A DNA stretch of 64,000 bases from positions 35,207-99,206 of IMG/VR virus record IMGVR_UViG_3300017917_001914, one strand, 5' to 3'. The notes beneath the pieces are model-generated. The model worked only from the letters and a program-made list of their open reading frames with translations. It ran no database searches and was not told the origin of the DNA. This document shows, piece after piece, positions 58,211-64,000 of this stretch (position 1 is the first letter of the stretch; the number at the start of each line of letters is the position of its first letter). A program made the translations under genes and the position numbers. The stretch is from a virus.

Positions 58211-60430
58211 TTAAAAAGTATATAATGGGTTTGGTATTCCGACTATTGAACCATTGACAACTGTTACGACAGTATCAGGATAATTTGTTGCGGTTCTAAC
58301 ACCATTAACAATTGGGTTTGCTTTAATTGTGTATGATGTTAAATTAGGTGGTGATGTTAATCGTAGGTCATAATCATAAACATATACTTGTTGTAACTGA
58401 TATCGTTGGTTACCTGGATTTAAAGTCACCCCTTTAGTACTAAAATCACAGGTTTGTGCTGATAATGATGTTATTGGTGTGTATGGTGACGAGTTACCTG
58501 AAAAAGGTATTGTTAAATTATATGAATTATAAAACTGATATACTCCTTGTATTGTAGCGCCTGTCGCGGGGTTATTCACATTAAAAGTTAGTTTTCTATC
58601 TTGATAAAATGGAGATACATATCTTTGACCTCTATTAGTGGTTCTAATCATGTTATTTGTAGTTCCGGTTGACGAACTATTAATAGTATTCACTAAACTA
58701 TTTAATGTAGATTCACAAAATTGTTCACAAGTTGTATAATTAATTTGTTTTGTTATTGTAGGCATATCCATAGTTAATGTATAACTATTAGATGTACTTC
58801 CAGTTGTTATCACACTTGAATAATGTATGTCAAAATATGTTGGAGTTGTATTATCGCCACATTCTTGAAGACCGGTACTATTTTGTATTGCTAACGTAAT
58901 GTATTGATAATAATTAATGTTAGTTGGGTTTGAGTTATATCCGGAGGTTGCTTTTCTACTTTCATATGAATTTTTATAAACGATTAAATCATTTAAATCA
59001 CTAAAAATCATATTAATTTTACCAATTCCTGATACAATTGTCTTTTCAAATGTTATTGTGTTATTATTTGGTGGTTCAGCACACACTAAAGTTGTGCTGA
59101 AGTTAGAACCAAAACTACATGTGGTAGTACCTGTCGTAACATTTATTTGTCTTTGTAATAAGTTTGTTAAATTACTTGTATTCACATTAGCGAATTGATT
59201 CACCGCGTCACTTGTTGCACCCATGGAATATTTCCAAAGGTCTGATGAATTTATTTGACTAGTAGAACAACCTGATAATTCTAACGGTATTGTACTTTGA
59301 CCACAACTTCCCGGAATAATATTGGTTATCGAGCTCGTTTTAATTTTATAAGGTGTGTTTAAATAACTATCTAAACATAATGAACAATCAAAAGAATCTA
59401 AACAAGTGAAATAAAAATCCCAATTTGTTTGTGTATTTAATTGATTTGGAATTACTTCTAAAATTAAATAATCACCTGAATTTATTGTTAATGAAGTTAA
59501 TGAAGTTACTTTAAAAAAATAACTTGGGTCAGGAGTTACGTAATTAGCGGTTCTACCTGATTTTGGTAAAGTTAATAATGATATGTCTGAAATTAAATTT
59601 GACCCAGTACCGATAGTCCAATATTCTAAAATAAGTGGTTCATCGTAAGAAGAACCTGAAAAAGTTATTTTAAGCGAATCTGATACAGCAAAACCGTTAA
59701 ATTTCCACGCAAAATAATCAGTTGTTGGGTCTAAATCAAAGGTTGTTTGTAATGATTCGGGTGTCACACCAATACCCGCACCGGTAAAATTAACTCTATG
59801 TGTGTAATCATTATTAATTAAGTTACCATTATCACAATTGTAAGATGTGATTGTTATTGGAGACAAACAATTCATTTCGGCTTGGACAACACCATTATCT
59901 CCTGTTTGAGAAAAATTAAGTCCGTTTAAGTTAACTTGATTTATTATCGGAGTGTAAACTCCTGATGGTTGTATTACAGCATTTGTACCTGTTAACGGGT
60001 GAGTGTATTGGTAAGTTAAGTTATTACCAAACCCTGATGTAAAGGCTAATGTTGTTGTACTATTTGGGCCATACCAATATATCTGATAATCACTAATTTG
60101 ATTATCACAATTACCTGTTAAATTCCCCACAACAATTTGACCAATACTGGTTGATTCATATGTATCAAAATTTAAATCACATGTGATACATAAATCATTT
60201 GATTGTAGGTCAATAGTTGCGCAACATTTATTTCCTGTGTCAATAATTTTTATAGACGTAGTATTATCTGGAACATTACCCATAATATATGGACAAGTTG
60301 TTAATGTTAATAATGGTATACTTACTTGAAATGGTGTTGTATAGTTATCAACATTTGAATAAATGTTAAATGCTCCAGTTGATACAAAACCTTGAGGGTA
60401 AGTTAAACAAGTTGACGCTGAAAATGGCAT
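58211..60430 (-). CDS. Thr/Asn/Cys-rich putative structural (fibre/decoration) protein
   Basis: 739 aa, beta-rich composition, in the minus-strand late operon. Confidence 0.55.
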   Translation of the reverse strand: MPFSASTCLTYPQGFVSTGAFNIYSNVDNYTTPFQVSIPLLTLTTCPYIMGNVPDNTTSIKIIDTGNKCCATIDLQSNDLCITCDLNFDTYESTSIGQIVVGNLTGNCDNQISDYQIYWYGPNSTTTLAFTSGFGNNLTYQYTHPLTGTNAVIQPSGVYTPIINQVNLNGLNFSQTGDNGVVQAEMNCLSPITITSYNCDNGNLINNDYTHRVNFTGAGIGVTPESLQTTFDLDPTTDYFAWKFNGFAVSDSLKITFSGSSYDEPLILEYWTIGTGSNLISDISLLTLPKSGRTANYVTPDPSYFFKVTSLTSLTINSGDYLILEVIPNQLNTQTNWDFYFTCLDSFDCSLCLDSYLNTPYKIKTSSITNIIPGSCGQSTIPLELSGCSTSQINSSDLWKYSMGATSDAVNQFANVNTSNLTNLLQRQINVTTGTTTCSFGSNFSTTLVCAEPPNNNTITFEKTIVSGIGKINMIFSDLNDLIVYKNSYESRKATSGYNSNPTNINYYQYITLAIQNSTGLQECGDNTTPTYFDIHYSSVITTGSTSNSYTLTMDMPTITKQINYTTCEQFCESTLNSLVNTINSSSTGTTNNMIRTTNRGQRYVSPFYQDRKLTFNVNNPATGATIQGVYQFYNSYNLTIPFSGNSSPYTPITSLSAQTCDFSTKGVTLNPGNQRYQLQQVYVYDYDLRLTSPPNLTSYTIKANPIVNGVRTATNYPDTVVTVVNGSIVGIPNPLYTF

Positions 60431-60440
60431 ATTTTAATTT

Positions 60441-61346
60441 TTAAGTTTTATTATACATATATCCACCTAAACCACAATCAATACATTCTGAAGGAACAGG
60501 TATTGGTGTAGGTGTTGGTGTAGGTGTTGGTGTTGGAACAATAGATTCTGAACATAATATACAATCCCCTTGGTCTAAAAATCCATACGGGCCTTCTAAA
60601 AGTGTTATATTATCAATACCTATAGTATTATTATTAACTCCTATGTAAGAGATACAAATAACTTCACCATTAACATTTGCTTTATAAACTTCAAATTTAG
60701 TTATAGTATTACCGTTAGGTGTTATGATTTGGTTTGTTGTAAACAACATCTTACCTGTGCCGTAACACTCTTGGAATTGATAACTATATGGACAAACTAT
60801 ACTATCATCTATTGTATTAAAAGTCACTCCTGCCTCAAAAGTACAATCACGAGAGATTGTTGGAGACGGAGTTGGTGTTGGGCTGGACGTAGGAGTTGGT
60901 GTAGGTGTTACACTTTGAATACTTGCACTTATAACAACATTACACGGATTAGTTGGTGTAGGTGTTGGTGTAGGTGTTGGTGTGGATGTAGGTGTGGCGG
61001 TTGGTGTAGGTGTTGGAACGTCACAATCAAAAATTGCTGAAAAATCTAAACTAGAACAATTTGCGGTTGGACTTGGTGTTGGTGTTGGACACACTCCACT
61101 AAAAAAATAAACACTATCTAAATCCGGACATGGATTAAAACAAGGAGATTGACCTGATAATAAACAAGTTCCATCTAAAACTGTTGATAAACACCATTGA
61201 GTTGAACCTGTATTATAGTAGATGAATAAGTTATTTGTTTGACCAGTCCAATATAGTTCAGAGTTATGTGTTCCGGCGCTAAAATAAACATCGTCAAAGG
61301 TTGGATAACCTGTATTAGATAAGCAATATGTTGAACTACAAGGCAT
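60441..61346 (-). CDS. Mucin-like protein: Cys-rich modules separated by four Pro-Thr tracts
   Basis: CPTPTPSPT; [22 protein letters not shown]; [17 protein letters not shown]; [16 protein letters not shown]. Confidence 0.8.
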   Translation of the reverse strand: MPCSSTYCLSNTGYPTFDDVYFSAGTHNSELYWTGQTNNLFIYYNTGSTQWCLSTVLDGTCLLSGQSPCFNPCPDLDSVYFFSGVCPTPTPSPTANCSSLDFSAIFDCDVPTPTPTATPTSTPTPTPTPTPTNPCNVVISASIQSVTPTPTPTSSPTPTPSPTISRDCTFEAGVTFNTIDDSIVCPYSYQFQECYGTGKMLFTTNQIITPNGNTITKFEVYKANVNGEVICISYIGVNNNTIGIDNITLLEGPYGFLDQGDCILCSESIVPTPTPTPTPTPIPVPSECIDCGLGGYMYNKT

Positions 61347-61347
61347 G

Positions 61348-61563
61348 TTATAATGTTAAATTTAAAATTGATTCACAATTATTGTCATCAATTACTTTTA
61401 GGTTAAAAGATGTTAATGAACTCCAAATAGGTGGTACTATAAAATTATATGGAAACGTTGAAATTGTATCTATATAAATTGATAGAGTAATTGGATTGTC
61501 ACACAGATAAATCTGAAATGGCAGTGTTCCGGTAATATTACTGATTGTTATTTGTGCACTCAT
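61348..61563 (-). CDS. Small putative structural protein
   Basis: First gene of the minus-strand operon, with TATTTAT on - at 61581-61587. Confidence 0.65.
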   Translation of the reverse strand: MSAQITISNITGTLPFQIYLCDNPITLSIYIDTISTFPYNFIVPPIWSSLTSFNLKVIDDNNCESILNLTL

Positions 61564-61613
61564 TTTAATATGTTATCTCAATAAATATAATGGGAATGAA
61601 AAACTTGTGAAGA

Positions 61614-61644
61614 TTGACTGTTATATTATTTTTTCTTATCTTTG
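61614..61644 (+). promoter_or_regulatory. Host-RNAP-type promoter with a Bacteroidota -33/-7 match
   Basis: TTG(ACT) at 61614, 20 nt spacer from TTG, TATCTTTG (61637-61644) = TAnnTTTG, 4 nt before the primase ATG. Confidence 0.65.
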
Positions 61645-61648
61645 ATGT

Positions 61649-62548
61649 ATGTCAGATGATGCCGAAATTTTATTAGAAATACTACACGATATATTAGGTG
61701 ATGAAAAACTTCACTATGAATCAAAAGGTCAAATATCTTTTGATTGTCCCGTATGCGATGAAGACAGACATAAAGGGAATCTTGAGGTGAACTACTTTGA
61801 ACACGTATATAAGTGTTGGAGTTGTGGTGATGAGAATGGGACTCACGGGCCACTTGGAAAACTAATAGATAAATTTGGTAACAAGAAACAACGTAAAGTT
61901 TATAACCTACTTCAACCTGAAAATCACAAACCAAAAGAGAAACGAGTTAATAAATTAAAACTACCTGAAGGGTTTACCCTATTCAAGGATAGTAGTTTGG
62001 TTTATCCGGTTCGTCGTCAGGCTTACAATTATTTAACACAGAGAGGTATCACTGATGAGATTATTGAAAAGTATGGTATTGGGTTCTGTGATAAAGGAGC
62101 ATTCTCTGGTAGAATTATTATACCATCTTATGATAGTAAGGGTGAGTTAAATTATTTTATTGCTCGAAGTTGGGATTTAAATTCAAGAGCCAAGTACAAA
62201 AACCCCGAAGCCGCAAAAGATGAAATAATTTTCTTTGAGAATACAATCAATTGGAACGAAGACATCCATCTTTGTGAGGGTGCATTTGATGCTATATTCC
62301 TACCTAATAGTATCGCTATGTTGGGAAAACATATGTCTGACTTATTACTTAACACCTTATATGAGAAAGCGAATGGTAATATAATCATATGTCTTGACTC
62401 AGACGCTTGGGCTGACGCTGTTAAATTATATCATAATTTAAATGGTGGTAGATTATATGGTAAAGTTAAAATAATAAAATTAACAGGTGATGCTGATGTT
62501 GCCGATTTAAGGGGTGACATCAGTAATTACTTTTATAAAATGAAATAG
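61649..62548 (+). CDS. dnaG: DNA primase (zinc finger + TOPRIM)
   Basis: CPVC...CWSC, YLTQRGI, GRIIIPSYD, YFIARS, KYKNP, LCEGAFDA, CLDSDA. Confidence 0.9.
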   Translation: MSDDAEILLEILHDILGDEKLHYESKGQISFDCPVCDEDRHKGNLEVNYFEHVYKCWSCGDENGTHGPLGKLIDKFGNKKQRKVYNLLQPENHKPKEKRVNKLKLPEGFTLFKDSSLVYPVRRQAYNYLTQRGITDEIIEKYGIGFCDKGAFSGRIIIPSYDSKGELNYFIARSWDLNSRAKYKNPEAAKDEIIFFENTINWNEDIHLCEGAFDAIFLPNSIAMLGKHMSDLLLNTLYEKANGNIIICLDSDAWADAVKLYHNLNGGRLYGKVKIIKLTGDADVADLRGDISNYFYKMK

Positions 62549-63412
62549 ATGAAAGATTTAAATGAAGTTGCAAAAGAAATTAGAGATTTACTAGATAAAA
62601 GAAGACAAGAACTTGAACTAACATTCGTTGAGGACACCCACACCTATTATATGAAAGATATAAATGGTGAGATGAGAAGTGACTTTCCATCGGTAAGTAA
62701 GGTAATCAAATATTTCTACGATGAATTTGATAGTGAAGGGATATCATTCAAGAAAGCCAAAGGTGACGTGTTTGTTCAACAACAACTATTAGATGAATGG
62801 AAAGCGGCTGGTGATTATGCAACAAATATGGGTAGTAGAGTCCATTATTTGTTGGAGAAAAAAGTTATTGATATGTTTGGTGGTTATAAAGATGTGAGAC
62901 AACCAATATTTGAATGTGACTTTACTCAAGTATTAAAAGGAGATTCAATGGTATCTGCGGGTACATCATATCTAAACCTTATGGTTGAAAGAGGTGCCGT
63001 ATTATTGGATACGGAGATTGTATTGGGTGACCCTGAATTGGGTTATACAGGACAACCGGATAAGGTGTGGTTGATAATGAATAAAGAACAAACCGAATTT
63101 GGGTTGGTTATAACCGATTGGAAATCAAACAAGCCAAAGAACTTTGAGGAAACTCATTTTACCACGAGAATGAAATACCCATTTCAAAAACACCCGAACA
63201 ATGCGTTGGGTCATTATTTCACCCAATTACCTTTTTATGGTAAACTTCTTCTTAAAATGTTACAGGGAACTAAATACGAAAATATGAAATTATTTGGGTG
63301 TATTATTGTCTTGGTAAAAGAAACGGGTGAGTACGAAGAATTTAGAGTTCCAAAGGAAGTAATCACAACCATATTAGATATGGATATGAAAAAGTATTTG
63401 ACAAAGAAATAA
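62549..63412 (+). CDS. PD-(D/E)XK exonuclease (RecB/Cas4/lambda-exo-like)
   Basis: HTYY, PSVSKVI, GSRVH, TE, GQPDKV, DWKSNK, QLPFY. Confidence 0.85.
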   Translation: MKDLNEVAKEIRDLLDKRRQELELTFVEDTHTYYMKDINGEMRSDFPSVSKVIKYFYDEFDSEGISFKKAKGDVFVQQQLLDEWKAAGDYATNMGSRVHYLLEKKVIDMFGGYKDVRQPIFECDFTQVLKGDSMVSAGTSYLNLMVERGAVLLDTEIVLGDPELGYTGQPDKVWLIMNKEQTEFGLVITDWKSNKPKNFEETHFTTRMKYPFQKHPNNALGHYFTQLPFYGKLLLKMLQGTKYENMKLFGCIIVLVKETGEYEEFRVPKEVITTILDMDMKKYLTKK

Positions 63413-63428
63413 AAAATAATTAAATTTA
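63397..63428 (+). promoter_or_regulatory. Host-RNAP-type promoter
   Basis: TTGACA (63398-63403), 17 nt spacer, TAAATTTA (63421-63428). Confidence 0.55.
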
Positions 63429-63440
63429 AAATAAAAACGT

Positions 63441-63656
63441 ATGGACGATTTATTAAAACCAAAAATTGACTTAAAACAACAACCAACATTAGTATGTGAA
63501 GAATGTGGTGGAATGTTCTTCAGAGAAGTTGTTATGATAAAAAAAGTTAACAAATTGTTAACGGGGGGTTCTGAAGATACTATTGTACCTTTCCCAACTT
63601 ACAGATGTGATGATTGTGGTCACGTAAATGAGGATTTTAAATTATTTGATAAATAA
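63441..63656 (+). CDS. Zinc-ribbon protein
   Basis: CEECG ... CDDCGH. Confidence 0.75.
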   Translation: MDDLLKPKIDLKQQPTLVCEECGGMFFREVVMIKKVNKLLTGGSEDTIVPFPTYRCDDCGHVNEDFKLFDK

Positions 63657-63844
63657 TGAAAATAGTTAAACGACCTGAAGTTTGTGGTATATGTACAGCA
63701 TCATTATGGTGGATACCGACAATGACTTACTTCATTATGAAAATGAATGATATAATATCACCAAGAAAAGAATGGGTATGGTGGGTAGCAATACCAACTA
63801 TGTTTTTAATATGGGGATTGTTAAATTGGAAAATAAAAAAATAA
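63656..63844 (+). CDS. Small membrane protein (two hydrophobic, Trp-rich segments)
   Basis: SLWWIPTMTYFIM and WVWWVAIPTMFLIWGLL; TAATG coupling. Confidence 0.6.
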   Translation: MKIVKRPEVCGICTASLWWIPTMTYFIMKMNDIISPRKEWVWWVAIPTMFLIWGLLNWKIKK

Positions 63845-63845
63845 G

Positions 63846-64000
63846 ATGATAAAAAAATTAGTTCACTTTAGTGACTTACACATACGATTATTTAAAGACC
63901 ACGATTTATACCGTGGAATCTTGAATAATATGTTGGAACAATTCAGAGAGATTGCTCCGGACAGAATTGTCTTCACAGGAGACTTAGTTCATTCCAAAAA
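63846..64000 (+). CDS. Metallophosphoesterase, Mre11/SbcD/gp47-like nuclease, 3'-truncated
   Basis: MIKKLVHFSDLHIR...PDRIVFTGDLVHSK: DxH and GD motifs. Confidence 0.8.
   Translation, partial: MIKKLVHFSDLHIRLFKDHDLYRGILNNMLEQFREIAPDRIVFTGDLVHSK

Noticed and set aside
60729-61040. Cys/Trp/Arg-rich + strand ORF
   Set aside because: Antisense shadow of the PT tracts in 60441..61346.
46018-61563. Diversity-generating retroelement or invertible fibre cassette
   Set aside because: No reverse transcriptase, invertase or TR/VR pair is visible in the window.
62549-63412. Nuclease as a CRISPR-associated Cas4
   Set aside because: No Fe-S cysteine set, array or other cas genes; the replication context favours a stand-alone phage exonuclease.
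2131-63489. Other short ORFs nested within or antisense to long genes (e.g. 2131, 9230, 12299, 16695, 17976, 23430, 24315, 55880, 61626, 62152, 63235)
   Set aside because: Fully overlapped by well-supported genes, with no motifs or independent signals.
1-64000. Stop-codon reassignment and tRNA genes
   Set aside because: Very long ORFs tile the window under code 11 with TAA, TAG and TGA all used as stops. The few intergenic gaps show no cloverleaf.

Overview
This window is part of an AT-rich (roughly 30% GC by eye), densely coding, standard-code genome of a large T4-like contractile-tailed (myo)phage. The host is most likely a Bacteroidota, judging from SprB repeats, A-rich SD-less leaders and TTG-N20-TAnnTTTG-type promoters. 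Layout: tail terminator, sheath, tube, chaperone, tape measure and baseplate hub genes (1-21 kb); a replication/nucleotide block (gp32-like SSB, RecA, 5'-3' exonuclease, DnaB-like helicase, NrdB, NrdA; 22-30 kb); baseplate wedge and fibre/adhesin genes on + (30-49 kb); a convergent minus-strand cluster of RuvC-like, fibre/adhesin and glycosyltransferase genes (49-61.6 kb); then primase, PD-(D/E)XK nuclease and the start of an Mre11/SbcD-like gene. The strongest candidate for a new system is virion O-glycosylation. A glycosyltransferase carrying the motif series of plant peptidyl-Ser O-galactosyltransferase / Hyp O-arabinosyltransferase (GT96/GT95) sits inside the structural cluster, and at least five virion proteins (including the tail sheath) carry Cys-flanked, mucin-like poly-Thr / Pro-Thr tracts. 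Other signals: a probable +1 programmed frameshift (TTT-CGG) in the tail chaperone, an unannotated ribbon-helix-helix repressor with its own operator facing the sheath gene, a repeat/hairpin element in front of recA, a TATTTAT late-promoter motif, and apparent avoidance of GATC and GGWCC. All family assignments come from motif recognition by eye; no database searches were run.
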